A DNA stretch of 64,000 nt, from positions 3,360,001 through 3,424,000 of the forward strand of contig OZ251518.1 of NCBI GenBank assembly GCA_965242965.1, read 5' to 3'. The first letter of the stretch is position 1. Each line of letters starts with the position of its first letter. The stretch is from Candidatus Poribacteria bacterium. Lineage in GTDB: Bacteria; Poribacteria; WGA-4E; WGA-3G. The translations under genes were made by a program, and so were the position numbers. Below, one piece after another: positions 39,496 to 49,813 of the stretch. A model generated the notes under the pieces. It saw only the letters and a list, made by a program, of their open reading frames with translations. It had not been told where the DNA came from and did not search any database.

Positions 39496-41691
39496 ATGAG
39501 AAGGCACACATTTTTCGTCGCAACGCTCGTGCTTTTCATCGTGACACTCGCATCGGCGCAGGCGAACATGATGACAAGCGAAACGCCGCAGTTCCTCAAA
39601 GATGTCGCCCCGATTTTGGATAAACAGGGGTGCTCCGTTGGCATGTGTCACGGCAAATTCGGTGGGCAAGGCGGGTTCAACCTCTCGCTGCTCACGCTCA
39701 ACCCCGAATCCGATTACGAACCGATTGTCCATCACAACCGCGGTAGACGTATCAACCTGCTTGAACCGGCACAGAGCCTCTTCCTGCTTAAGCCGACTGG
39801 ACAGGTGCCGCATGAAGGCGGCGTGCGGTTTGAGCCGGGCTCCGATGAGGCGTTAACGATTCTGCGCTGGATTGAAGCCGGTGTTCCGTTTCCCGCCGAT
39901 GCACCGCGTCTCGCGAAATTAGAAATTCAACCGAGCGAACTCGTGCTGACATCGCCTGACGTGCCCGCACAACTGGAGGTGCTCGCGCACTGGACAAACG
40001 GGGCCGTCGAAGATGTCACCGCGCAAGTTGTCTATGAATCGAAGGACCCGGCCATCGCCGAAGTCAGCGCAACCGGCGAAGTCACACGTCTCCGCTGGGG
40101 CGGCACCGCTATTCTCGCGCGCTACCTCGGCGAGGTAACCGCGGCGTTCGTCACGCTGCCGCGCGAGACTGCCATCGCAGACACAGATTTCCCTGAGCCG
40201 GCGAACTATATCGACGAACACATCTTCGCGAAACTGAAGAAATTGAACGTTCAACCCTCGGCACTCACTACGGATACCGAGTTTCTGCGCCGAGTTTATC
40301 AGGATACCATCGGTAGGTTACCGACACCGGCAGAAGTCCGCGCGTTCCTTGCCGAGACGCATCCGGACAAACGCGCCCGGTGCATCGACAAACTTCTCAA
40401 TACTTCGGCGTGGGTAGATGTGCGCACGCTCGCGCTCGCCGATATGCTACGCATCCATCCCCGCGACTTGGGCAACGGCGCGTTCGGCGAACGCGGCGCG
40501 ACGCTCTTTCACGAATGGGTGCGCGACACCGTCGCGCAGAACAAACCTTACGATGCATTCGTGCGCGAACTCATCACCGCACGCGGCAGCACTTATCAGC
40601 ACGGCCCGACGAACTACTATCGCATCGAACGGCAACCCGCCGGTAGAGCCGAGACGACTGCACAGGTGTTCCTCGGCATCCGGCTCAGCTGCGCGCGATG
40701 CCATAAACATCCGTTTGACCGGTGGACAACCGACGATTACTGGAACTTCGCCGCATTCACAGGGAAAGTCGGCACCCGCGCCGGTGAACTCTACAACGAA
40801 CAGGTTGTCTATTACAATCCTACCGGGCGCGTCATTAACCAATCCGTGCAGGGTAACCGCGGTGAAGTCGCGCAGCCGACATTCCTCGCCGGCACAACGC
40901 TCGCCGCAAATTATCAAGGCGATGTGCTACACCACCTCGCCGAATGGATGACTTCGGGGACGAACCCTTACTTCGCCAAAGCCACCGTCAACCGCATCTG
41001 GAGCCACTATTTCGGGCGCGGCATCGTGGCACCGGTGGATGACATGCGCGCCACAACGCCACCGAGTGTGGAGGGATTGCTGGAAGCACTCGCCGCCGAT
41101 TTTGTGGAAAGCGGGTTTGATACGAAGCACGTCATCCGGCAGATACTCAATTCGCGCACATACCAACTCTCCGCTGTGCCGAACGAGACAAATGAACTGG
41201 ATGACAGGTTCTTCTCGCGCTTCACACCGCGCCCGATGAACGCGCAAACCTTGCTTGATGTGCTTAACGATGTCACTGGCACACAGGAAAAGTATGGACG
41301 ATACCCGATGGGCACGCGCACGGTGCAACTGCCCCTGCCTGTCAGTTCCCGCTTCTTATCGCTGTTCGGCCGTTCCCAGCGGGAGTTCCTCGGCAATCTC
41401 GCACCGAAATTAGAACCGACGCTGACACAGGCTCTCCATCTCATCAACGCACCGTATGTGCAGAAAAAGTTGCGGAGTAAGGGCGGTGCCCTCACGCGCT
41501 TGCTGAAAACGCACCGTGAGAATCGGGAACTGATTACCGAGCTGTATCTGCGCACGTTGAGTCGTTTCCCGACAGAAGAGGAACTTGCCACAGCGGAAGC
41601 ATACCTTGCCGAGAGCCCAAAACGGCGTGAAGGTAGCGAAGACCTGGTGTGGGCCCTCATCTCCTCGCGTGCGTTCCTTTTCGTCCAATGA
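39496..41691 (+). CDS. Secreted DUF1549/DUF1553 protein with Ig-like domain and CxxCH motif
   Basis: CSVGMCHG, NYIDEHI, FLRRVYQDTIGRLPT, FLGIRLSCARCHKHPF, NRIWSHYFGRGIV.PVDD. Confidence 0.88.
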   Translation: MRRHTFFVATLVLFIVTLASAQANMMTSETPQFLKDVAPILDKQGCSVGMCHGKFGGQGGFNLSLLTLNPESDYEPIVHHNRGRRINLLEPAQSLFLLKPTGQVPHEGGVRFEPGSDEALTILRWIEAGVPFPADAPRLAKLEIQPSELVLTSPDVPAQLEVLAHWTNGAVEDVTAQVVYESKDPAIAEVSATGEVTRLRWGGTAILARYLGEVTAAFVTLPRETAIADTDFPEPANYIDEHIFAKLKKLNVQPSALTTDTEFLRRVYQDTIGRLPTPAEVRAFLAETHPDKRARCIDKLLNTSAWVDVRTLALADMLRIHPRDLGNGAFGERGATLFHEWVRDTVAQNKPYDAFVRELITARGSTYQHGPTNYYRIERQPAGRAETTAQVFLGIRLSCARCHKHPFDRWTTDDYWNFAAFTGKVGTRAGELYNEQVVYYNPTGRVINQSVQGNRGEVAQPTFLAGTTLAANYQGDVLHHLAEWMTSGTNPYFAKATVNRIWSHYFGRGIVAPVDDMRATTPPSVEGLLEALAADFVESGFDTKHVIRQILNSRTYQLSAVPNETNELDDRFFSRFTPRPMNAQTLLDVLNDVTGTQEKYGRYPMGTRTVQLPLPVSSRFLSLFGRSQREFLGNLAPKLEPTLTQALHLINAPYVQKKLRSKGGALTRLLKTHRENRELITELYLRTLSRFPTEEELATAEAYLAESPKRREGSEDLVWALISSRAFLFVQ

Positions 41692-41858
41692 GAACGTCGG
41701 CGCGAAGGTTCTTCCCAACGCGCCTCTAGGTGTAGCTCAGAAATGCAAGCCTTGACAACGTCAAGACGGCCTGATAAATCAACGTTCACTGCACAATAGC
41801 AGTTGAACAACCGCTAGGAAATACGAAAAACTGAACAACCGCTAGGAAGAACAAAAAC

Positions 41859-44798
41859 ATGAAAACGACACAGAACTGGCTCGTGGCATCGCTACTCATG
41901 TTCGCGCTCGCGATGCACGGGCTCGCCGCCGAGAAATGGCAAGCAGACATGCAAAAGGATTTCGCAAAGGTGCTGCGTGAGAAGAAAAAGCCCGCCGAAA
42001 AACATCGCGACTTCATCGTGAAATGGGAAAAACGGGGGCATCTGGCAGCAGTGCAGACGCTGTATCGCGACGAAAAAGTGAATCGTCAAACAGACGCGGC
42101 CCTCTTTTACGGCCTCGGCTATGCGCACGCGCTGCAAGGCACCGAGACAGCGTTAGAGACAGCCGTCACCGCTTTTCAACGCGCGCTGGAAATCGAGCCG
42201 AATCTGTTTTGGGCGCGCTTTAATCTCGGCGGTGTCTATCAGCGGCAAAACGAGCACGCTTACGCACTGGCGCAATTCGAGGCGTGCATCCAACTCAATC
42301 CAAACTACTATCCTGTCTACTACCGCATCGGCGAGATTCATTTGAAAGAGGGGAATACCGCCGAGGCACGCACGGCGTTTGAAACAGCGTATCAGTTAAA
42401 CCGGAAGTGGGAATACCCACGCTATGGACTCGGTTTAGTCGCCTTCGCCGAAGGCGATTTGAACGGCGCGCGGGAGGCGTTCGAGAGACTTATCCAACAG
42501 AAAAAGAAATTCGCGCCTGCCTATTTCAAATTAGGACAGGTGCTGGCGGCGGAAGGCTTGTTTGACGCGGCTCTGGAAGAGTATGCCAAAGGCGCGAAGT
42601 ATGAGCCGTATTCAGCAGCGTCGGTTGCGGAACTCGCCGTAATTTTCAGAACCGGGGGGAATACCGATGGCGCGATAACCTTGTATCAACGCGCCCTAGA
42701 AATCGAACCCGACAACGCGCCTATTCAGTTTGCACTTGCAGAACTCCGTTATACAGAAGGCGACACGGCGACGGCTGTCCGCCACTATCAACAGGCACTC
42801 GCGCTGATGCCGAGTTTGGAGGCGGAACTGTTTAACGCATTGCGTCCCTATTTTGAAGGCGAGATGTCTGCCGAAGAAGCGATGGCACACCTCGACAAAG
42901 CGATGGCAGTGCTACCCGATGACGCGCGCACCGCTTTTTATGCTGGCACGTTGGCGGCAGACGCGGCGGACGTTGAAGGCGCAATCGAATACTACGAGAA
43001 GACGCTTGAAATTATCGCAACGGAACCTCGCTATCTGGAAATGGAATTGCCGGTAGGGCACTTCAACGACGTTTACCTCAAACTCGGCGAACTTCACCAC
43101 CGGCAAGGAGATGCGGAAACAGCAAGCACCTATTTTCAACGCGCCATCGAACTGAATCCAGCCTTGGCGGATATGTTCATTGAACAAGGACAAGACGCTT
43201 TTGACGCGGCAGACTTCCAAAGCGCGATTGAACCGCTCAATACGCACCTCCTCCTCTACCCAGAAGATATCGCCGCCACTTATCTGCTTGGACAGAGTTA
43301 CGAAGCACTCAGTGACACGAAGAACGCGCTCCGTTTTTATGAACGCACTCTCGCATTAGACGCAGCGCGGCCCGACGTGCTTTTCAAAATGGTTCATATT
43401 TACCGCGAACAGGGAACGCATCGGCAAGCCGTGGATGCATTGCAGAACATCATCGCGCTGGAACCAGATAACGCCGAAGCACATTTCCTCGCCGCGCAAT
43501 CTTATCTCGCGCTCAATCAACCCGATGCAGCACTCGCCGCTTTTTTGGAAACGACACGGATAACGCCGGATAACGTCACGGCGCACTACCAAGCCGGCAT
43601 CCTGTTTGAACAGAAAGGCGACATCGACAATGCCATCGCGCAGTATGAAAACACGATTGCCCTTGACAAAACTAACGCCGAACCCTTTTTCCGACTCGGT
43701 GCCATCTATCGCAAGCGCAACGATGAAGAGAACCTCCTCCGCGTCTATCCACCAGCGTTGGAATTGGAGCCGAACCATCCGGAACTCCACTATTTGCTCG
43801 CGGGTATTTTCGAGAAACGGGGGGAGAATCAAGAACGGAAAGTCGAAGAGACAGGTAACGTAGCGCGGGGGCCTGTCCCCCGCGAACCCTATGCTTGGGA
43901 ACGCGCTCTCCATCACTACAAATTAGCGAATCACTACGCGCCAGATAACTTCGCGTGGCACTATCAGTACGCGCGCTTACTTGATAGATACGCCGAAACC
44001 CTCAGCGAAGTCAGCGAAGCCAATGAAGACTATCATGAACCGGCGGCTTTGGCGGTGACAGAGTATTCAACGACGATGGCACTGAATGAGTCGTATGTAG
44101 ATGCTTATTTCTACCGCGGCATGTTGACATTGCGTTACCGGCAAATCGGCGAGACGCTCTACCGTTACAGCCAGATTCTGGAGGATTTCAAGCAGGTAAC
44201 AGAACTGCAGCCGAGAAACCTTGAAGCACACTACACGGTGGGAGTTATCTATTTGGAACTAGACCGGCACCGATTGGCGAAAACGGCGTTTGAAAAGGTG
44301 CTGTCTCTCTCCGCAAACTACCGGGGCGCGCACCTGCAACTCGGCAAAATTGCGGAATGGGAACAGGATTGGAAAGAGGCAATCTCGCAGTATGAAAAGG
44401 AAGCGGCACTAATCCAAGGGGCAACCGATGACATCGCCATCGGGACGTATCAAAACCTCGGCGAACTCTACTACGCGCACGCGTTGGATTACAACGCCGC
44501 CAAAGAGACGCTGGAGAAGGCACTCGCGTTAGATGAGAAGCACGTGACGACGCTGCTCAATTACGGCAATACGCTCTTCAGCATGGATACGCTCGGCGCA
44601 GCGACAGAGCAGTTTGAACGCGTCATCCAACTGGAACCGGGGAACTTGACGGCGAACTACAACCTCGCTCTCATGTATGAATACCGTGAAAAAACGGAAC
44701 AGGCGCGGACGCAGTGGAAACGGTTCCTCGCTCTCAATCCGCCCGAGCAGTGGAAACGAGAGGCAGAGGAGCACCTCCGTGAACTCGGCATTGAGTAG
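41859..44798 (+). CDS. Large secreted tetratricopeptide-repeat protein
   Basis: Signal peptide; many A..(F/Y)..AL.L.P / LG..Y TPR units. Confidence 0.9.
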   Translation: MKTTQNWLVASLLMFALAMHGLAAEKWQADMQKDFAKVLREKKKPAEKHRDFIVKWEKRGHLAAVQTLYRDEKVNRQTDAALFYGLGYAHALQGTETALETAVTAFQRALEIEPNLFWARFNLGGVYQRQNEHAYALAQFEACIQLNPNYYPVYYRIGEIHLKEGNTAEARTAFETAYQLNRKWEYPRYGLGLVAFAEGDLNGAREAFERLIQQKKKFAPAYFKLGQVLAAEGLFDAALEEYAKGAKYEPYSAASVAELAVIFRTGGNTDGAITLYQRALEIEPDNAPIQFALAELRYTEGDTATAVRHYQQALALMPSLEAELFNALRPYFEGEMSAEEAMAHLDKAMAVLPDDARTAFYAGTLAADAADVEGAIEYYEKTLEIIATEPRYLEMELPVGHFNDVYLKLGELHHRQGDAETASTYFQRAIELNPALADMFIEQGQDAFDAADFQSAIEPLNTHLLLYPEDIAATYLLGQSYEALSDTKNALRFYERTLALDAARPDVLFKMVHIYREQGTHRQAVDALQNIIALEPDNAEAHFLAAQSYLALNQPDAALAAFLETTRITPDNVTAHYQAGILFEQKGDIDNAIAQYENTIALDKTNAEPFFRLGAIYRKRNDEENLLRVYPPALELEPNHPELHYLLAGIFEKRGENQERKVEETGNVARGPVPREPYAWERALHHYKLANHYAPDNFAWHYQYARLLDRYAETLSEVSEANEDYHEPAALAVTEYSTTMALNESYVDAYFYRGMLTLRYRQIGETLYRYSQILEDFKQVTELQPRNLEAHYTVGVIYLELDRHRLAKTAFEKVLSLSANYRGAHLQLGKIAEWEQDWKEAISQYEKEAALIQGATDDIAIGTYQNLGELYYAHALDYNAAKETLEKALALDEKHVTTLLNYGNTLFSMDTLGAATEQFERVIQLEPGNLTANYNLALMYEYREKTEQARTQWKRFLALNPPEQWKREAEEHLRELGIE

Positions 44799-44814
44799 AT
44801 ACATGCCGAGGCCC

Positions 44815-45145
44815 GTAGGAGAGACCTCCCGGTCTCGATGCACCTCCTTAGTGGGGGCCTGTTCTTCGGCATTCCATGTTCGCGGGGGACAGGCCCCCGC
44901 GCTACGGTAACTTTAGGCTCGCGGGGGACAGGCCCCCGCGCTACGCGCAGATCGGCAGCTCGCGGGGGACAGGCCCCCGCGCTACGGTAACTTTAGGCTC
45001 GCGGAGGACAGGCCCCCGCGCTACGCGCAGATCGGCAGCTCGCGGGGGACAGGCCCCCGCGCTACGGTAACTTTAGGCTCGCGGGGGACAGGCCCCCGCG
45101 CTACGAGCCAAATCCATCGTAGGGCGAGGGACAGGCCCCCGCCAT
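44815..45145. repeat. REP array with 80-bp period (two REPs, alternating linkers)
   Basis: CGCGGGGGACAGGCCCCCGCGCTACG x6 with alternating GTAACTTTAGGCT / CGCAGATCGGCAGCT linkers. Confidence 0.92.
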
Positions 45146-45161
45146 CGTTCCACAACAAAAA

Positions 45162-45764
45162 ATGCACTTTCAAATTGAACACCACAACGAAGTCGCATCA
45201 ACAAACGATATTGCACTAGAACGCGGAAAGGCTGGCGCGCCAGAGGGAACGCTCATCCTCGCGGAATACCAAACCGCTGGAAGAGGCAGATATGGACGGC
45301 ATTGGACAGCACCGCACGGCAAGTGCATCCTCGCATCCGTTATCCTGAGGCATCGGTTGTTGCGCGATGAGATTGCACTGCCGAACCTCATCGGTGCCCT
45401 CAGCATCGCGCAGGCGATTTACGCGACGACGCACCTAGCAGCGCGCATCAAAATGCCCAACGATGTCCGAATCGGTAAAAAGAAAATCGCCGGTGTCCTC
45501 ACCGAATTAGCGTCCGACCGGCAACGTCAACCCTTTTTTGTGCTCGGCTTCGGTGTGAACGTAAATATCACAAAAGAAGAGTTCCCATCCGAATTGCGCG
45601 CTACGGCGACCTCGGTGCGGATAGCCTTAAACGCCGACCCGGGTCTTTGCCGCACCACACTCCTCCAAGCGATACTCTCTCGGCTTGAGGAAACGTATCT
45701 GCTGCTGAAGTCAGGCAAAACCGATTGCATCCTGAAGCGAGTGAACCGATGGAAAGAAAAATGA
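45162..45764 (+). CDS. birA: Biotin-[acetyl-CoA-carboxylase] ligase (catalytic domain only)
   Basis: STND, QTAGRGRYGRHW, KMPNDV, KIAGVL, GFGVNV. Confidence 0.9.
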   Translation: MHFQIEHHNEVASTNDIALERGKAGAPEGTLILAEYQTAGRGRYGRHWTAPHGKCILASVILRHRLLRDEIALPNLIGALSIAQAIYATTHLAARIKMPNDVRIGKKKIAGVLTELASDRQRQPFFVLGFGVNVNITKEEFPSELRATATSVRIALNADPGLCRTTLLQAILSRLEETYLLLKSGKTDCILKRVNRWKEK

Positions 45765-46198
45765 AGACTCTGATAAGTGCATGCCTGCTCGGTGTTCGGT
45801 GCCGTTATGATGGTGGACATAGCCGAGACGTTGCCGCCATAAAACAGCACGAAACGGATACGCTCATAGCCGTTTGCCCGGAAGAATTGGGAGGTTTGCC
45901 GACACCGCGGCCGCCTGCCGAAATTGTCGGCGGCGATGGCGAGGATGTGCTCGCCGGGACAGCGAAAGTCATGACGGAGGCAGGGGAGGACGTGACAGAT
46001 GCATACCTGCGAGGCGCGCACCAAACCTTGCGTATTGCCCAATTGCACGGCGCAACGCGAGTTATCTTGAAAGCGCGGAGTCCATCCTGTGGCTGTGGAC
46101 ACATTTATGATGGGACATTCTCCGGCACGCTGAAAGCCGGCGATGGGGTTACGGCAACTCTGTTGAAACAGCACGGAATTGAGGTAATTTCCCAGTAG
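45761..46198 (+). CDS. DUF523 / 2-thiouracil desulfurase family protein
   Basis: ISACLLG..CRYDG, CPEELGGLPTPR, LKARSPSCG, GDGVT; ATGA overlap with birA. Confidence 0.9.
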   Translation: MKTLISACLLGVRCRYDGGHSRDVAAIKQHETDTLIAVCPEELGGLPTPRPPAEIVGGDGEDVLAGTAKVMTEAGEDVTDAYLRGAHQTLRIAQLHGATRVILKARSPSCGCGHIYDGTFSGTLKAGDGVTATLLKQHGIEVISQ

Positions 46199-46360
46199 GA
46201 GAGACCTCCTGGTCTCGATTTCTTCCGGTAGGAGAGACCTCCTGGTCTCGATGCAATACCGTATCGGGACAAGGATATCCCTCCTACCCACACAGCCGTA
46301 TCGGGACAAGGATGTCCCTCCTACCCGCACAGCCGTAGGAGAGACCTCCCGGTCTCAATG
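46195..46360. repeat. REP cluster
   Basis: GTAGGAGAGACCTCCTGGTCTCGAT x3; GTATCGGGACAAGGATGTCCCTCCTAC x2. Confidence 0.88.
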
Positions 46361-46401
46361 GGGTAACGCCGCACTGCTGAAACGAAACGGCGCAGATAGC
46401 T

Positions 46402-46770
46402 GAGGGTGTTTCATAAATCTGTTTCGGTAGTTATCCCCCCTAGGGGGGGAGGGTGAATACCGAAAGGCATCGGGCCCATCTCTGTAGTTCGGGAGCGCCC
46501 GCTCCCGAACGGGTCAGGATCAGGCGATCCCGAACTACAGGTGATGAGTCTCAATTTTCACCGCAGCGCGGGGGACAGGCCCCCGCGATCATTGGATTGC
46601 GCGTGTGGCATGGCGAGGGAAACCCTCTCGCATGCGCGTGTGGCATGCGAGGGCCCAAGCCCTACGTGAAGGGGCGGCGTTTTTTTCACCGCAGCGCGGG
46701 GGCCCTCGGAGGCCACACGCGCATCCTAGCGGGTTTCCCCGCGACGTTGAGCGAATTATGAAACACCCTC
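46402..46770. mobile_element. TIR-bounded REP cassette
   Basis: GAGGGTGTTTCATAA (46402) ... TTATGAAACACCCTC (46770). Confidence 0.68.
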
Positions 46771-46776
46771 AGATAA

Positions 46777-47766
46777 CTATACTTGTCCAACCTCGGCGCG
46801 ATAGGGCCCGTGGGCAGCGAAAGCAAGCACCGTCCTCAACAATTCCTGCGGATTGCCTGTATCGTAACGCTGTCCCGCAACGCGATAACCGTCCATTCCT
46901 TCGCGCCGAATCAGTTCCGCCATTGCATCGCGCAGTTGGATTTCGCCGTGCGTCACGATGGTGTTTCGGTAGTGATGCTCCAAAATGTCAAACAGGAGCG
47001 GCGTGAGTAGATCGATGCCGAAATTACAGAGGTATTGCTGCGGTGGCAGTCCTTCAACGCGCAATGTTTCCCGCGCAACGTCTACCGTCGGTTTTTCGGC
47101 GATGTGAGTCAATCGGAAAAGTTGATCGGAATTCGAGACAGGGAGGGCTCCCCTACCGTATCCATGCACAATACTCCCCGTAGGAGAGACCTCGGGTCTC
47201 GATGCAGTAAGGGCTCCCCTACTGTATCCATGCACAATGCCGTTGAGATGAAGTTCGCTTTCATCGCAAATGTCAAGGCTAGTGACAGATGTGCCTACCT
47301 GCGCGTAAATGTCAACCAGTTGTTTCGCGCAGGAAACGTCTGTCTCCGTTAGATAGAGATGGTCTCCGAGCAGAATCATGACTGGCTCGCCATCGGCGAA
47401 TGCTTTGGCGCAGTAAATGGCGTGCCCGAATCCTTGCGGCTCAGCCTGAATCGCGAAGTGCAACCGTTCGCCGATTTCCGCGAGTCTATCCGCCTGCATC
47501 GCCAATGCCGCTTTCTCGCGAATGGCGGCGGGAACGGTGCCGGAAAAATAGTCGGCAATCGGTTCAACTTGGTGCGGTTGCGCGACGAGGCATACCTCTT
47601 CTATCCCTGCCGTTAACGCCTCCTCAATAATGAGTTGGATAATCGGTTTCGCGAGGCCGTCCCGCGCGATAATTGGAAAGAGGGCTTTCGGCACGGCTTT
47701 GGTGGCAGGAAAGAGACGTGTGCCGTAGCCTGCGATGGGAATAATCGCCTTTTGAATTCGGTGCAT
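46777..47766 (-). CDS. galU: UTP-glucose-1-phosphate uridylyltransferase-like nucleotidyltransferase (with in-frame REP insert)
   Basis: KAIIPIAGYGTRLFPATKAVPK, Q.EPQGFGHAI, LGDHL, EKP, GEIQLRDAM, RYDTG. Confidence 0.8.
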   Translation of the reverse strand: MHRIQKAIIPIAGYGTRLFPATKAVPKALFPIIARDGLAKPIIQLIIEEALTAGIEEVCLVAQPHQVEPIADYFSGTVPAAIREKAALAMQADRLAEIGERLHFAIQAEPQGFGHAIYCAKAFADGEPVMILLGDHLYLTETDVSCAKQLVDIYAQVGTSVTSLDICDESELHLNGIVHGYSRGALTASRPEVSPTGSIVHGYGRGALPVSNSDQLFRLTHIAEKPTVDVARETLRVEGLPPQQYLCNFGIDLLTPLLFDILEHHYRNTIVTHGEIQLRDAMAELIRREGMDGYRVAGQRYDTGNPQELLRTVLAFAAHGPYRAEVGQV

Positions 47767-47945
47767 ACGTCACCTCCATCAGATGAGGCATCCAATGTTA
47801 CGCAGGGTGAGGACTTGTCCCTCGCTATGCCAAGCGGAATGGGCGGATATAGAAATCCGCCCTTACCAATCGTTGCGTCTTGGCGGAAGTTAGGGAGTCC
47901 TCTTACGAAACCTACCATCGGCACGCTTCGCGCCAATACAGAAGA

Positions 47946-48701
47946 TCAGTTTCGCAACCCCTTGAGGTAGCCCCAAGTAGTTGAAAGTTTGCCAGCAGGT
48001 TCCACAGGCAAAGAATCGCTTTCGGATTCAAAGTTCTGCTTCACCTCGGCTTCGTCCAAGATCCTGTCGTAGATGCGGACGTTGTCAATCATCCCGATCA
48101 GGTATCTGCCATCGTGTTCGCTACCGATGCGGCGTTCGTCCATGTTTTCGGGCGTGCCGCCAGCGGTGCCTTCGTCCACCAACTCACCATCAACGTAGAG
48201 TTTGAGTTCATCCTCTTTCGTATCGCTGGTGTAAATGATGTGATACCAGTTATCTGTCTCGGCGTTCATGCGGATTTTGACACCGTCGTTTTTATGCACT
48301 TGGATCTGGTTGCCTTCAAACTTGAAATGGACTTTGCCGGCAGCCCACTGCCAAGTAGAGACGATGCCTTGGATGCCGCCAAACTGGGCCTCCAGGGCCC
48401 AGCACTCAATAGACACCGTCTCAAACTGACCGAGGGCGGGGATTTCAACGTAGTTTTCGGCATCTCCTTCAAACTCCATTGCATCTCCCATCGGGCCTTC
48501 GACGAACTTGAGTTTGCCCATCATCTCGGCATCGTTTTCGCCGAGGGCATCCTTGACGGTTTTGCCATCCAGATCAGCCTCATTGAGCGTATACATGGCG
48601 ACGAGGCCGTCGGTGACGAAGTCTTGCGCGTCCGCAGCGGTGACGTAGCAAAGTGCAGTCAAGAGCAGACAAAGCGCACAGATTACGATATTCCTATTCA
48701 T
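47946..48701 (-). CDS. Secreted LamG/ConA-like jellyroll protein
   Basis: Signal peptide; WYHII, LYVDG, GMIDNVRIYDRIL; C-terminal VEPAGKLSTTWGYLK. Confidence 0.88.
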   Translation of the reverse strand: MNRNIVICALCLLLTALCYVTAADAQDFVTDGLVAMYTLNEADLDGKTVKDALGENDAEMMGKLKFVEGPMGDAMEFEGDAENYVEIPALGQFETVSIECWALEAQFGGIQGIVSTWQWAAGKVHFKFEGNQIQVHKNDGVKIRMNAETDNWYHIIYTSDTKEDELKLYVDGELVDEGTAGGTPENMDERRIGSEHDGRYLIGMIDNVRIYDRILDEAEVKQNFESESDSLPVEPAGKLSTTWGYLKGLRN

Positions 48702-48783
48702 TTTGATTCTCCTTCTGATTGCCAGAAAGTTAAGTTTGAATATAGTTTAACACATTCAATTCAGGAATGTCAAGACAAAAACG

Positions 48784-49110
48784 TTAACCAAAAAAGTGCT
48801 TGCCGACATACGCGACAATGAAACCCACGCTCAGGACAATCGCCACAATCAGCGACGAACGACGTTGAAACTTCCAATACCGAGGGAACTTGCGCGCCAT
48901 CCATTCGGTACCGGCACTGCCCGTTTCCGTGTAGTTGAGATAAATAAGCATCAACCACAACATAAGCATCATCAAAAAGGATTCTAGGATGTCCTGGCCC
49001 TTCACGTAGTAACGGACAAACCCGAAGAGAAAAATCGATAGCGCAAAACCCCAGAAGACGAGTTTATCCGCCGTTCCTCGTATCGGCATCCGTTCTTTAT
49101 CTGCAGGCAT
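48784..49110 (-). CDS. Small hypothetical membrane protein (3 TM)
   Basis: AAGGAG RBS before ATG 49110; three hydrophobic stretches. Confidence 0.65.
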   Translation of the reverse strand: MPADKERMPIRGTADKLVFWGFALSIFLFGFVRYYVKGQDILESFLMMLMLWLMLIYLNYTETGSAGTEWMARKFPRYWKFQRRSSLIVAIVLSVGFIVAYVGKHFFG

Positions 49111-49182
49111 CTGTTTACTCCTTTGACGAGAATTGTCAAACAGTATACTCGCTGTGCTGAAAAAAATCAAGGCGGGGTTAAT

Positions 49183-49545
49183 CGAGGGTGTTTCAGATAT
49201 CAATGCCTTCCTGATAGGAGAGCCCTCCCAGTCTCAATGTCTTCCCAGTAGGAGAGACCTCCTGGTCTCGATTTCCTCCCGGTAGGAGAGCCCTCCTGGT
49301 CTCGATGCTGCCAGACTTTCAACCACTCGCAAACTAAAGCGGTGGGCTTATTCTCTCGGGCAGGCGTGCCTGATTTTGACTCGTTCGGGTGCAGGCGCAC
49401 CCGAACTACAGAGTTAGCGTGCGCGCCGCCTGTAGTTCAGGAGCACCTGCTCCTGAACTGTTTGTGCTCAGGTGCTTGCAAACGACAGCGGCAGCCTCTC
49501 CTATGGGTGTGCATCGAGACCGGGAGGTCTCTCCTACCGGGACAT
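49183..49545. repeat. REP cluster starting with a degenerate TIR
   Basis: GAGGGTGTTTCAGA; GTAGGAGAG(A/C)CCTCC.GGTCTC x4; GTAGTTCAGGAGCACCTGCTCCTGAAC. Confidence 0.85.
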
Positions 49546-49813
49546 CGCTCACCCGCAGCGGCACCGAGCCCTTTCCATCTCATCCGTGGCCAGCAAGTCA
49601 CCTAGATTGAGAAGAACGAGACATGCAAACTTATTGCCGGTGATGGACTCTATCACCGACCCGCTGTTCCGAAAAAAATCAAGCACGTGTCAGCGGTAGT
49701 ATTTCTGTATCCACCGTCGCCGTTCTTCCCTTGAAGGACGCTTTATTGGAACTATCAAGGTTCCGTTCGTCTGTCTTGTCGCCGTTAACAAGTGTCACTC
49801 GCGCGGGGTCTCG

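Noticed and set aside
38026-39813. 595-aa minus-strand ORF (and similar ones opposite rpoB, rpoC and the MTases)
   Set aside because: Antisense to well-conserved genes with no recognisable motifs
44880-45105. CRISPR-like array of 26-bp palindromic repeats
   Set aside because: Spacers are only 13-15 bp and alternate between two identical sequences; the repeat is the dispersed REP; no cas genes
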